A DNA stretch of 32,000 bases from Geobacter sulfurreducens PCA (GTDB taxonomy: Bacteria > Desulfobacterota > Desulfuromonadia > Geobacterales > Geobacteraceae): assembly GCF_000007985.2 (NCBI RefSeq), contig NC_002939.5, positions 2,010,001-2,042,000 on the forward strand, in the 5' to 3' direction. How positions within the stretch are numbered: the first letter of the stretch is position 1; each line of letters begins with the position of its first letter. Shown piece by piece: positions 1 through 8,632 of the stretch. The notes beneath the pieces were generated by a model. The model was not told the origin of the DNA, ran no database searches, and saw nothing but the letters and a program-made list of their open reading frames with translations. Position numbers and translations under genes: made by a program.

Positions 1-1053
1 AAACATGTCGTACAGATCGATCGAACGGGGTTCGACTCCCGGTCTCGACACCCTGATCGACCGCAGGCTCCCGTTCTTCGAAGGCCCCCCGGCGGCGGCC
101 AGGGCATTGACCACCGTGGCCAGGGAGCTGACACTGTACACCCCGGGCGTTTCCACCTCACCCACCACGTAAACCTGGATGGTCCTGAGGCTCCCCAGGG
201 TCACGTTCAGCTCGTACCCCTTGTAGTAGCGGGCCAGTGCTTTGTCTATGGCTTCCCGAGCCTGGCCGTAGGTCAGCCCCCAGAGCTTTACCGGACCAAT
301 GCGCGGGATCAGGATCTCGCCGTTGCGGTCCACAGTCGGCTCATAGCGGGCGGTGAAGCTCCCCCACACATCAATTCTGATGGAATCGCCCGGACCAACA
401 ACATAGTCGGGGCCCACGGGCAGATTTTCAGTTACGGCCAGACTTGCGAGACTGTTTTTAAAAAACTCATACCCGAACTGACGGAGCGATCTGTTGAGGG
501 GAGTCGGTTCGAGCTTGTCCAGCAGCGTCGGGCTCTGGCGGGCAAAGGCACGCTCCAGGGACGAAGCGGACGCATCCGGGGCCGTGGGTATCACCCTTAC
601 CTCCTCGGAGGAAAGCACCAGCTTGCGATCTGCGTTATAGCCCATGACCCTCACGAAATAGGGCCGCTCATTGGTCAGGTTCTGAATTCTGAAGGTGGCG
701 GCGAGCCCCGCGTCGACCTTATTACCGTATGCGTTGGGCTCGGTACCGTAGTGAATCACATAGTTCGACGGGGTTTCCTCCGGGCTCTTGGGTGCCGCTG
801 TCGATGCCCAGGTGAGGACGATCTGCCCGTCGGCAGGCTCGGCCTTGAGCAGCAGCTTCGCCCCTTCCTCCGGTTGTTGCTGGGGAAGCTGTCCAGCGGC
901 CTCACCGACGGCGGGCGCCGCTCCCTTGCTTTCGGAGAGCTGGCGCACCACGGCCTCGGGGACCTCCACCGCCCTCGCAATGGAGTGCGCAGTGCCGGCA
1001 ACACCGGCAATCAGGGTGAACAAAGCGATAACGTAAGCCTTCCAAATCCTCAT
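1..1053 (-). CDS. Outer-membrane polysaccharide export protein (Wza/OPX family: Poly_export + SLBB) with an N-terminal FN3-like domain. Only the N-terminal 351 codons are present; the C-terminus lies left of the window.
   Basis: Not in the supplied ORF track because there is no stop in the window. My reverse-strand translation from ATG 1053-1051 (GAGG about 7 nt upstream) stays open to base 1. It reads MRIWKAYVIALFTLIAGVAGTAHS (signal peptide), then NYVIHYGTEPNAYG...FRIQNLTNERPYFVRVMGYN (FN3-like), then PVGPDYVVGPGDSIRIDVWG...NGEILIPRIGPVKLWGLT (Poly_export motif), then VYVVGEVETPGVYSV...GSLRSIRVSR...IDLYDMF (SLBB). Confidence 0.85.
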   Translation of the reverse strand, partial: MRIWKAYVIALFTLIAGVAGTAHSIARAVEVPEAVVRQLSESKGAAPAVGEAAGQLPQQQPEEGAKLLLKAEPADGQIVLTWASTAAPKSPEETPSNYVIHYGTEPNAYGNKVDAGLAATFRIQNLTNERPYFVRVMGYNADRKLVLSSEEVRVIPTAPDASASSLERAFARQSPTLLDKLEPTPLNRSLRQFGYEFFKNSLASLAVTENLPVGPDYVVGPGDSIRIDVWGSFTARYEPTVDRNGEILIPRIGPVKLWGLTYGQAREAIDKALARYYKGYELNVTLGSLRTIQVYVVGEVETPGVYSVSSLATVVNALAAAGGPSKNGSLRSIRVSRPGVEPRSIDLYDMF

Positions 1054-1227
1054 GCGTCGTACCTCTATCAGGCTGCTGTAAATACTGGTGCGGTACCGGC
1101 CAGCGTTGGTGCCGCTCAACTTACCGGCGGCCATGCCCGGCTGGATACCGGCGTGCCGTGTACATGTCACGATAATCCTTAGTACCTTTACCTCGCCTTT
1201 CAGTCAACCGGAAATGCGCATATGCCC

Positions 1228-1256
1228 TTGACTTCTCCCCTGGCTTTTATTAACAA
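1228..1256 (+). promoter_or_regulatory. Candidate sigma70 promoter for the beta-CASP gene
   Basis: TTGACT (1228-1233), a 17-nt spacer, then TAACAA (1251-1256), 36 nt upstream of ATG 1293. The -10 is only a weak consensus match. Confidence 0.25.
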
Positions 1257-1292
1257 ATTTACACACTACTTTGTCAATTCCGGGGAGAACCG

Positions 1293-2720
1293 ATGCAGAT
1301 CATCCATCACGGCGGCATATTCGGCGTCACCGGGTCCTGTCACGAGCTCGTCATCTCCGACAACGCCGCCATCCTCATTGATTGCGGCCTCCTCCAGGGG
1401 AACGACGGCGCCGGCGGCAAGAGATTTCCTTTTATCGACTTTCCGCTTGACCGGGTCAAGGGGCTGGTGCTCACCCATGTCCACATCGATCACTGCGGAC
1501 GTATCCCCCACTTGCTGGGAGCGGGGTTCCAGGGGCCCATCTGGTGCAGTGAGGCATCCGCCCTGCTCCTGCCCCTGGTTCTTGAGGACGCCGTCAAGGT
1601 CGGCATCACCCGTGACGAGCACCTCATCGCCCGCTTCCTCAATGCCGTGAAAAAACGGCTGGTCCCCCTCCCCTACGACAGGTGGCACCAGCTGGGAAGC
1701 TGGGATGGTCGCTCCGCTTCGCTGCGTCTTCAGCAGGCGGGGCATATTCTGGGCTCGGCGTACGTGGAGGTGTCGGTCAGTCCGGCGTCTCAGGCGGAGC
1801 AGACCGGCACCGTCAACGGGACAAGGGGCGATACGGTCGTTGTCTTCTCCGGGGACCTGGGCGCGCCCTTCACCCCGTTGCTGCCCGACCCGAAACCGCC
1901 CGAACGGGCAGACATCCTGGTTCTCGAATCGACCTACGGCGACCGGCAGCACGAGGGACGCGAACAGCGCCGGGAGCGACTGTGCAGAGTCATCGTCCGG
2001 GCGCTCGAAAATCGCGGCGCCCTTCTGGTGCCGGCCTTCAGTATCGGCAGGACCCAGGAACTGCTCTACGAGATCGAGGATCTCATCAGCCGGCACCGGA
2101 CCGAGGAGGCGGCCGCCGGCCTGCCGTGGGACGACCTGGAAATCATCGTCGATTCGCCGCTGGCCCTCAGCGTCACCCGGGTCTACGACCGGCTGCGCAG
2201 ACTCTGGGACGAAGAAGCGCTCGAAACCGTTGCCCAGAACCGTCATCCCCTATCCTTCGAGCAGATGACCGTCATCGAGAGCCACGCCGATCATCGGGCC
2301 ACGGTGGAGTATCTCCGCAAAACCGCCCGCCCCTGCATCGTCATCGCTGCCGGCGGTATGTGCGCGGGCGGACGCATTGTCAATTACCTCAAGGCCCTGA
2401 TGCCGGATCCGCGCACCGATATCCTCTTTGTGGGCTATCAGGCCGCGGGAACTCCGGGGAGAGAGATTCTGGAAGCGGCTAAACAAAAATGGGAAACCGG
2501 GGGCCGCCCCTCCATCGACCTGGACGGCGGCACCTACCCCCTGCGGGCGGCCGTCCACACCATCAGCGGCTATTCGGCCCATGCCGACCAGCGGGACCTT
2601 GTCGAATTCGTCGAAGGAATCACCGTCCCTCCGAAAACCATCAGGCTTGTGCACGGCGAAGAGGAGGCGCGGACGGCTCTGGCTGGAGTACTTGCGGAGA
2701 AGGGGTATCAGGTGGAGTAG
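1293..2720 (+). CDS. MBL-fold metallo-hydrolase with beta-CASP / RNA-specificity domain (CPSF73/RNase J-like)
   Basis: ORF track, 475 aa. HxHxDH motif in LVLTHVHIDHCGRIP; ESTYGDRQH; SGYSAHADQRDL; C-terminal LVHGEEE. GGGGAG lies upstream of the ATG. Confidence 0.85.
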   Translation: MQIIHHGGIFGVTGSCHELVISDNAAILIDCGLLQGNDGAGGKRFPFIDFPLDRVKGLVLTHVHIDHCGRIPHLLGAGFQGPIWCSEASALLLPLVLEDAVKVGITRDEHLIARFLNAVKKRLVPLPYDRWHQLGSWDGRSASLRLQQAGHILGSAYVEVSVSPASQAEQTGTVNGTRGDTVVVFSGDLGAPFTPLLPDPKPPERADILVLESTYGDRQHEGREQRRERLCRVIVRALENRGALLVPAFSIGRTQELLYEIEDLISRHRTEEAAAGLPWDDLEIIVDSPLALSVTRVYDRLRRLWDEEALETVAQNRHPLSFEQMTVIESHADHRATVEYLRKTARPCIVIAAGGMCAGGRIVNYLKALMPDPRTDILFVGYQAAGTPGREILEAAKQKWETGGRPSIDLDGGTYPLRAAVHTISGYSAHADQRDLVEFVEGITVPPKTIRLVHGEEEARTALAGVLAEKGYQVE

Positions 2721-2724
2721 AAGC

Positions 2725-2779
2725 CGACCGGCGCGGGAGTGAGAGAGCGGAAACCACGCTCTCACTCCCGCGCCGGTCG
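2725..2779. terminator. GC-rich perfect hairpin between convergent genes; possible bidirectional terminator or mRNA 3-prime stabiliser
   Basis: CGACCGGCGCGGGAGTGAGAG (2725-2745) is the exact reverse complement of 2759-2779, with a 13-nt loop. It lies 5 nt after the stop at 2720 and 10 nt after the minus-strand stop at 2789. There is no U-tract on either side. Confidence 0.4.
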
Positions 2780-2788
2780 TAGCAGGAA

Positions 2789-4951
2789 TCAGTTGACCAT
2801 TACCTGGTCGACGACCAACTCGCCCCGGTTTATGGTCAGCGAACCGACAATGGTGGTGTAGTCGCTCTGCGTCAACGGCTCGGTGAAGTCGGCGTAGCCA
2901 CCCGAGAAGGTCGAGGAGATGCCGGGGCGATCATACACGGGGTCCGAACCTGGCAGAATCATGGCCCGGGCAAGGATGACCTCGCCGTTTTGAACCGCGT
3001 CGAACGCCGCTTGGGCGGTTCCGAAATAGGTCAACGCACCGATCCTGACATTGGGCTGGATGGAAAAGACGGCGGAGACGGCCCAATCGGCAGTAGTCGA
3101 AAGCGTACAGGGTCCCGTACCGGTGCAGTCACCGGACCAGCCATCGAATTGGGAACCGCTAGAAGCGGACTGGACAAGCTCAAGTGCGGTATTGTAGTCG
3201 AATTCACCGCTGCAGGTCCCCACGGTGCAGGCTATGCCCACCGGCACGCTGTTGACCGATCCGGCGCCGGTACCGGCCAAGGTAACCGACGTCGTATAGC
3301 GGGGGATGAAGGAAGCAACGCTGGCCGCCTGGCCGCCGGACGTCGTCACGGCGATGGCACCGGTCGTCGCCAGGGGCGGTACCTCAACGGTCAGGAAAGA
3401 GTCCGTGGCGCTGAGCACCGTGGCGGGGGTGCCATTGAAGGTTACGATGTTTTCCGCCAGGAACGGCGAGAAATTACTGCCGAACAGGGTAATGGCCGTT
3501 CCCACCACGCCGCTGGCCGGGCTGAAGCCGGCAACCACCGGCGGCGATATATCGCGCACAGTCACCAGTGCAGAAGCCTCTCCTCCCGCAGCCGACTTTA
3601 CCGTCACCCACACCGGCGGGACGCTATGGGTCTTGGTCGGCGTAACCGAGGTATCAACGAGCGGGAAGCTCACCGACAACTGCCCGTTGACCAAGGTGCC
3701 GAGCGGAGCGGTCATGCCCGGCATATACGCCTGGAGGACCGGATTTGCCACATCATCGGCGGAATCTGCCGCAATGGACAGAGTCCCGCTCTGCGGCCGG
3801 TACGTTGCCCGGAATACGGTAACATCGTCCACCAGCGGAACCGTGACAACCGTATCCGGCTCATCGTTAATGTTGGTCACCTGTACCGTGGCCGGGAGTG
3901 TCCCCGGATCGGCAAAGAAGCTGCTCGCCGAAAAGAACTTACCATCAGCGGGGTCATTGGTGATCATGGTCTGGGTCGGAAGACCGGTGCCGGTCACCTC
4001 CAGCGCAGATGGGACGCCGGTCAGCGCAAAGTTCTGCGGGAACGGAAGCGCCGGGTTGACCTGATTCGAAACGGGTTGGGTCGTTGCCGCGGCGTGGAAT
4101 TGCATCCCGGCCGCATCACGGCTGTAGGTCAGACGATCAACCGTCAGCGGCGTGGGGATCGGCGTCTGATAGATTTTGCCCATCACCGCGAACAGGTCGG
4201 TCTGCAGCGTTCCAACGGCCGCAGGCCCCCGGACGCGGAAAAAATTGGAGAATTGGCTCGGATTGAGCGGATCGGGGAAGGGGCTTCCCAGAACGCGGTG
4301 ATCCACGTTCGGGTCCCCGACAAACAATTCATCGCCAACGGCTACGGGCCCCGTGTCCCAGTAGAGGAACGGCCCCACATCCCCCAGGAGGGCGCCGTTG
4401 AAATTATTTGTCGCTATCCCGATGTCACGGGTATAGTTGATCCCTGCATCGGTATCCGTAACATTAAAGGTCATCTCGCCATAGGGGTAGGTCACCACAT
4501 AGGTACCGGCAACAGGGGTGTCAATCCGTATGCGAATGCGTGCAAAGGAAACCTGGTCGCCCGGAATCGGATCTCCGACGGCAAACGCCGCTTCCAACGC
4601 CATGATCAGCCGGGCGTCGCCGCCGCCGGGCATGGCCATGATGGCATCTGCCGACCACCAGAAGGCCTCCGGGCCAAAGTTATTGGGAAAATTGAAGGGC
4701 TGTGCCGGGAACGGCTCCTGGGTAAGACACATGGGGCCATTGACACTGGCCGTTCTGCTGAGGCAAAGCTCCAACGGCACCCGGTTGGTGTCTCGGTACC
4801 AGAGCGGGAAACCGTGCTGGGGGGGAGAGCTGTTTATCACCTGCGGGACGATCGGCCCCACGTCGAGCAGGACCGCCTCGGCCCTTGAAAACAATGAAAG
4901 AGCCAGTACGGGGGCCAACAGTAACCCGGCGCAGCGTTTTTTTCGTGTCAT
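2789..4951 (-). CDS. Secreted 720-aa protein: unassigned N-terminal region + IPT/TIG-like domain + divergent InlB B-repeat-like Cys module + shared C-terminal tail
   Basis: ORF track. AAGGAG upstream of ATG 4951; signal peptide MTRKKRCAGLLLAPVLALSLFSRAEA. IPT/TIG-like segment PPVVAGFSPASGVVGTAITLFGSNFSP...IVTFNGTPATV...TGAIAVTT. B-repeat-like segment GTGAGSVNSVPVGIACTVGTCSGEF...FDGWSGDCTGTGPC. Confidence 0.8.
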   Translation of the reverse strand: MTRKKRCAGLLLAPVLALSLFSRAEAVLLDVGPIVPQVINSSPPQHGFPLWYRDTNRVPLELCLSRTASVNGPMCLTQEPFPAQPFNFPNNFGPEAFWWSADAIMAMPGGGDARLIMALEAAFAVGDPIPGDQVSFARIRIRIDTPVAGTYVVTYPYGEMTFNVTDTDAGINYTRDIGIATNNFNGALLGDVGPFLYWDTGPVAVGDELFVGDPNVDHRVLGSPFPDPLNPSQFSNFFRVRGPAAVGTLQTDLFAVMGKIYQTPIPTPLTVDRLTYSRDAAGMQFHAAATTQPVSNQVNPALPFPQNFALTGVPSALEVTGTGLPTQTMITNDPADGKFFSASSFFADPGTLPATVQVTNINDEPDTVVTVPLVDDVTVFRATYRPQSGTLSIAADSADDVANPVLQAYMPGMTAPLGTLVNGQLSVSFPLVDTSVTPTKTHSVPPVWVTVKSAAGGEASALVTVRDISPPVVAGFSPASGVVGTAITLFGSNFSPFLAENIVTFNGTPATVLSATDSFLTVEVPPLATTGAIAVTTSGGQAASVASFIPRYTTSVTLAGTGAGSVNSVPVGIACTVGTCSGEFDYNTALELVQSASSGSQFDGWSGDCTGTGPCTLSTTADWAVSAVFSIQPNVRIGALTYFGTAQAAFDAVQNGEVILARAMILPGSDPVYDRPGISSTFSGGYADFTEPLTQSDYTTIVGSLTINRGELVVDQVMVN

Positions 4952-5309
4952 GGGGATATCTCCTTTCAGTGCCCGGCATATATCCGAACGAACAACGCGT
5001 TGTACGCGTACAGTTTCGTCCTTGTGCGATTGCTGTAGCCAAGTACAGGAAACATGCCATTAGCACCTGACAAACATGACACACCAAGGAACTGGCATCA
5101 GCGCAGCATTTGCGCCACGTGATGGTCCTCTCCCCAGCCCAGAGACCAGGCGGAACGGATGTAATGTTTTGTTACAGGGGATGCTTTTCAGCGACAGGGA
5201 CACTGCTGTGCAGGACACAAAAATGGGGAGGGTGTTCTACCGAACGCAAAGGAGCCCCGACCGGGGCGGTGATCATTTATAATGAATAGCGGAAATAGTG
5301 GATAATCGT

Positions 5310-5320
5310 GGGGGGGGGGG
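5310..5320. repeat. G11 (C11 on the minus strand) homopolymer tract
   Basis: Eleven consecutive G at 5310-5320, directly abutting the minus-strand TGA stop (5321-5323) of the Wzi-like gene. Confidence 0.95.
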
Positions 5321-6970
5321 TCAATACCGGTAGGTGAGTGCCAGGGTCACGAGCTGATTGGTCCGGTCGTTGCCCAGCACGAGATCCACGTTGGAAATCC
5401 GCTCCCAGCCGTAATTAACGTTAAGATCGACATCGCCGTAAAACGGCAGACTCCAGAAAGCGCGGAGCGCATCTTTCCGTTCAACAGCCTGCATGACCCC
5501 GTTTACCGGATCATACCTGCCGGCGCTGTTGACCTTCAGGCGCCCTTCCTGTCCCCGCTCGGTGTGAAAATATTCCAGTGCCAGCGAGTTGCGGGCCGAG
5601 AACCAGTGACTGTACCGGATGAAAAACTCCTCTGCCGCCCCCCCCTGCGAATGCCCGGGGGTCATCCCCTTATAGACGTAGCCGGCCGGAAACTGCCAGT
5701 CGGTATAGTGGATGACACTTCCCCGATAGTACTCGAACCGCAGGTCATCTCGCCCGGAAGGCGTCAAACAGGGAATATAGATACCGGCCACATAGCTTTC
5801 CACAAACGGCCAGAACGATGCCGAGTCTTCACCCGAATACTCGCCGTAAATCTCCGTGTTGCGCAGCCAGGGAATCCTGACGCGCAGGTCGATACCTGCA
5901 ATCGAGTTCACATGATCGTTATCGGCGCCGCCGAAAATCTGATCGAATAGGCTCACATCGCCCGTGAATCCCGGTCCACCCTCCTGGCGCACCAGGTTCG
6001 CGCCGATCTCTAACCAGGGCTTCGGCTTAAGAGTCAGCTTCATCCCGAAAAACCACGGCTTCCGGTAATCGGCGCCACTCCCCGTAGCATCGAAACGCGA
6101 ACCGATCAGGGCATACTTGAAGTCACCCAGGTACTCCTTGATCCAGCCCACATCAACGGGCTCTGGGCTTGAAAGCTTGACCATGTCGAAGTTGGCGGCA
6201 TTATTGGTGAGAGTCGTGGCGCCGCGATAGCCCGGCCCGAACCAGTTGGCATCGCGCCCGACCTCCAACTCGATTCCACCGCTCCCGAGCTTCAGATATC
6301 CCTTCTGCAGGCTCAGCCGGTTGGTTTCGTCCGTGTGCAATGCGTTCGGCTCCACCAGTACGGTTGCATAGCGGCCGAGGTATCCTTCCATGCTCCAGCG
6401 GAACTCAAGGTTATGTCCGTCGCCATAGACAACCCCCTCGTTATTCTCCACCAGAGGGGTACCCTCGGTTCCGGACTGGTGAACCACTCCGGGGGGCTGA
6501 GGTCTCAGATTCCCGCCGATGAATCCGAACGCGGACTGATTCGCAGGGTCGAGCACATCCCGATTGTAACTGCGGGGCTGTCCATCCAGGTACACATACC
6601 GCAACCGGGCGGAAGTCACCGGCGTATAATCCACCAAAGGCGCCTTTTCCGGCTCTTCCCTCAGAGATGCTTCCCTGGGTATCAACTCCCGGATGCGCTT
6701 GATAAACTCGAAAGCCAGCGGGGGAATCTGTTCTTCGTTTTTCACGAGATTCGCCTCAGCCTCCAGGAGAAGCCGGGCCGTTTCGGCCTTCGAGTATGGT
6801 CTGATCCCCTTGGTATCAGAGGTAATCAAGCCAAAGCCGGCAAGTTTATCCAAGTATAGATAGACAGGACTGTCAAGAGGGATGTTGCTCGAGGCGAGTG
6901 CCCAGACATAACCGGGGAACACAGGGAGAATCAGCAGTGCAATCAACAGTCCGAGCGGAATACGATTCAT
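5321..6970 (-). CDS. Wzi-like outer-membrane capsule/EPS assembly protein (beta-barrel)
   Basis: ORF track, 549 aa. Signal peptide MNRIPLGLLIALLILPVFPGYVWA. N-terminal IPLDSPVYLYLDKLAGFGLI motif resembles the Caps_assemb_Wzi family as I recall it. Long alternating Gly/Tyr/Asn-rich region and an aromatic C-terminus ...LTLALTYRY, typical of OM beta-barrels. Polysaccharide-locus context. Confidence 0.6.
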   Translation of the reverse strand: MNRIPLGLLIALLILPVFPGYVWALASSNIPLDSPVYLYLDKLAGFGLITSDTKGIRPYSKAETARLLLEAEANLVKNEEQIPPLAFEFIKRIRELIPREASLREEPEKAPLVDYTPVTSARLRYVYLDGQPRSYNRDVLDPANQSAFGFIGGNLRPQPPGVVHQSGTEGTPLVENNEGVVYGDGHNLEFRWSMEGYLGRYATVLVEPNALHTDETNRLSLQKGYLKLGSGGIELEVGRDANWFGPGYRGATTLTNNAANFDMVKLSSPEPVDVGWIKEYLGDFKYALIGSRFDATGSGADYRKPWFFGMKLTLKPKPWLEIGANLVRQEGGPGFTGDVSLFDQIFGGADNDHVNSIAGIDLRVRIPWLRNTEIYGEYSGEDSASFWPFVESYVAGIYIPCLTPSGRDDLRFEYYRGSVIHYTDWQFPAGYVYKGMTPGHSQGGAAEEFFIRYSHWFSARNSLALEYFHTERGQEGRLKVNSAGRYDPVNGVMQAVERKDALRAFWSLPFYGDVDLNVNYGWERISNVDLVLGNDRTNQLVTLALTYRY

Positions 6971-7120
6971 TGGGTCACTTACTCAAGAGGGATATGAACG
7001 GTTCAACACGGCATTATATGCTGAATTTATTAGCGATTACGAGCCGATGCTAGCATGAAATGCAGAGAAATCAATTAAAAATCACGCACCCTGCCCGTGC
7101 ATCACGTGGCGGACTGTACC

Positions 7121-8202
7121 CTACTGTGCCCCTGTACCGAAAAAAACCACTCCAACCGTCTTGAAGATAATCTTCAGATCCAGCCAGATGCTCCACTGAT
7201 CTATATATTTCAGGTCAAGCTTAACAATCTCATCGAATTCGTTGATACGGTTTCGCCCGCTGACTTGCCAGAGCCCCGTAATTCCCGGACGGATCGAGAT
7301 GCGTCGCCGTTGCCAGTTTTCATACTTGGCCACCTCGTCAGGAGTCGGCGGCCGCGTACCCACCAGCGACATCTCGCCGCGAAACACATTCCAGAACTGG
7401 GGCAACTCATCCAGGCTCGTCTTGCGGAGGAACTTGCCCACCCGGGTGATCCTCGGATCGTGAGCAATCTTGAAGATGGCACCGCTCATTTCGTTGAGAT
7501 GCTCAAGCTCCTTTTTGCGCTCCTCTGCGTCGACATACATGGAACGAAATTTCCAGCACTTGAAAATACGGCCATTCTCCCCTACCCGCTCTTGGCCGAA
7601 AAATATCGGCCCAGGAGAATCAAACCTGATCGCCAAGGCAATAAAAGGATACAGAGCGCCGGTAATAAGCAGGCCTATGGTAGATCCCAAAAAATCAAGA
7701 CACCGCTTGAGGAACAATTGGGTGGCATCGAAATTCTTGCTGTAAAACGTGAGAATGGGAATCTCATCGTGAAACATGCTCATTTCTCGCCGGGAAATCC
7801 GCATCTCGTAATGGTCCAGCACCATGCGAACCGTGATCCCCATCTCCTCCAGATCGTGGAGGTAGTCGTCGATATTCTCCTCCCACTGTCGGGAGAGACA
7901 GAAAACGACCTCGTCCACGGGGTTTGATTTACAGATGTCCACAAGTTGAGCCATGGTGCCCAGCACCTTATATCCGGACAACGTATCAGGCAGCGAATTT
8001 GTTTTCACGCCGAGAAACCCGACTATTTTGAGTCCCCAGTCGGAGTGCTGCTCAACCAGATGAATGAACCGTTTCGAACGCTCGTTAGTGCCGACTATGA
8101 GGATATTTCTGAAGTTATAACCGCGCCGCCGGATATGGGAGAGAATCAGCTTGAGGGCCAGTTTCCCGAGGGTAAGAAGTAAGAAGGAAAGCAGGATGAA
8201 AA
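7121..8202 (-). pseudogene. Priming polyprenyl-phosphate glycosyl-1-phosphate transferase (WbaP/TIGR03025-type): C-terminal fragment cut off from its N-terminus by an IS insertion
   Basis: ORF track gives 7121..8008 (GTG), but the frame stays open upstream to the IS boundary (IFILLSFLLLTLGKLALKLILSHIRRRGYNFRNILIVGTNERSKRF...). Bac_transf motifs: FDSPGPIFFGQERVGENGRIFKCWKFRSM, DPRITRVGKFLRKTSLDELPQFWNVFRGEMSLVGTRPP, RPGITGLWQVSGR. Confidence 0.85.
8191..8202. repeat. Left copy of the 12-bp direct repeat (putative target-site duplication) GCAGGATGAAAA
   Basis: Identical to 9556-9567. The identity extends to 15 bp (AGCAGGATGAAAATG) if the ambiguous IS-terminal A and TG are counted. Confidence 0.8.
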
Positions 8203-8269
8203 TGTATGGCGGCCCCGGTTTTCTTGGACACGAAAATGAGGTAAATCTAGGTGTTCAAGGAGGTCGTCA

Positions 8270-8632
8270 ATGGAAAAGGATGTCAGTGTCTCCGGTGCGG
8301 CGGAAGGAGAGCGTAGCTCGACTGGAGCAGCACCGGAAGTCAAACGTTGGAGCGCCAACCGCAAAAAGGAGGTTGTCCTGCGGTTGATGCGCGGTGAACC
8401 AATCGATGCCTTGTCCCGTGAGTTGGGCATCGAAATCTATCGCCTGGAAGAGTGGCATCAGAAAGCACTCCAGGGGATAGAATCTGCTCTCAAGGCTCGT
8501 GAAGGTGATCCGTTGGCAGCGGAACTCGATGCAGCCTTCAAGCGCATCGGTGAGATCACCATGGAAAACGAGCTACTGCGGGAGAAAGCGAGGCGTGCCC
8601 ACCCTTTGGCCCAGAGGAGATCGAAGAAATGA
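8270..8632 (+). CDS. IS3-family transposase OrfA (HTH + leucine-zipper-like)
   Basis: ORF track, 120 aa. RKKEVVLRLMRGEPIDALSRELGIEIYRLEEW is followed by LAAELDAAFKRIGEITMENELLREK. AAGGAGG lies upstream of the ATG. Confidence 0.8.
   Translation: MEKDVSVSGAAEGERSSTGAAPEVKRWSANRKKEVVLRLMRGEPIDALSRELGIEIYRLEEWHQKALQGIESALKAREGDPLAAELDAAFKRIGEITMENELLREKARRAHPLAQRRSKK

Noticed and set aside
1266-2246. A 326-aa minus-strand ORF and several plus-strand alternative frames (1222..1650, 1682..2482, 1705..2268) overlapping the beta-CASP gene
   Set aside because: They overlap a frame with unambiguous HxHxDH/beta-CASP motifs. Their translations are low-complexity Arg/Pro/Gly-rich.
2990-4888. A 632-aa plus-strand ORF (also 3306..4064, 4084..4266 and 4518..5063) antisense to the 720-aa gene
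   Set aside because: These are Arg/Gly-rich low-complexity translations, typical of antisense frames in GC-rich DNA. They have no motifs, RBS or signal peptide. The minus-strand frame has clear domains.
5093-5109. A sigma54-like TGGCAT-N5-CAGCAT (GG-N10-GC) on the plus strand
   Set aside because: The -12 element is a poor match. The only downstream plus-strand ORF (5076..5282, 68 aa) looks spurious, and the site points into the 3-prime end of the convergent wzi gene.
4952-5320. Search for a GEMM-I (c-di-GMP/cGAMP) riboswitch upstream of the secreted-protein genes (also 26405-26623 and 23055-23158), because these riboswitches are common in Geobacter
   Set aside because: I could not find the conserved GCAAAC...GGGACGCAAAGCC...CCGG core or the two-hairpin layout. 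Only generic short hairpins are present. A covariance-model scan (Rfam RF01051) would be decisive.
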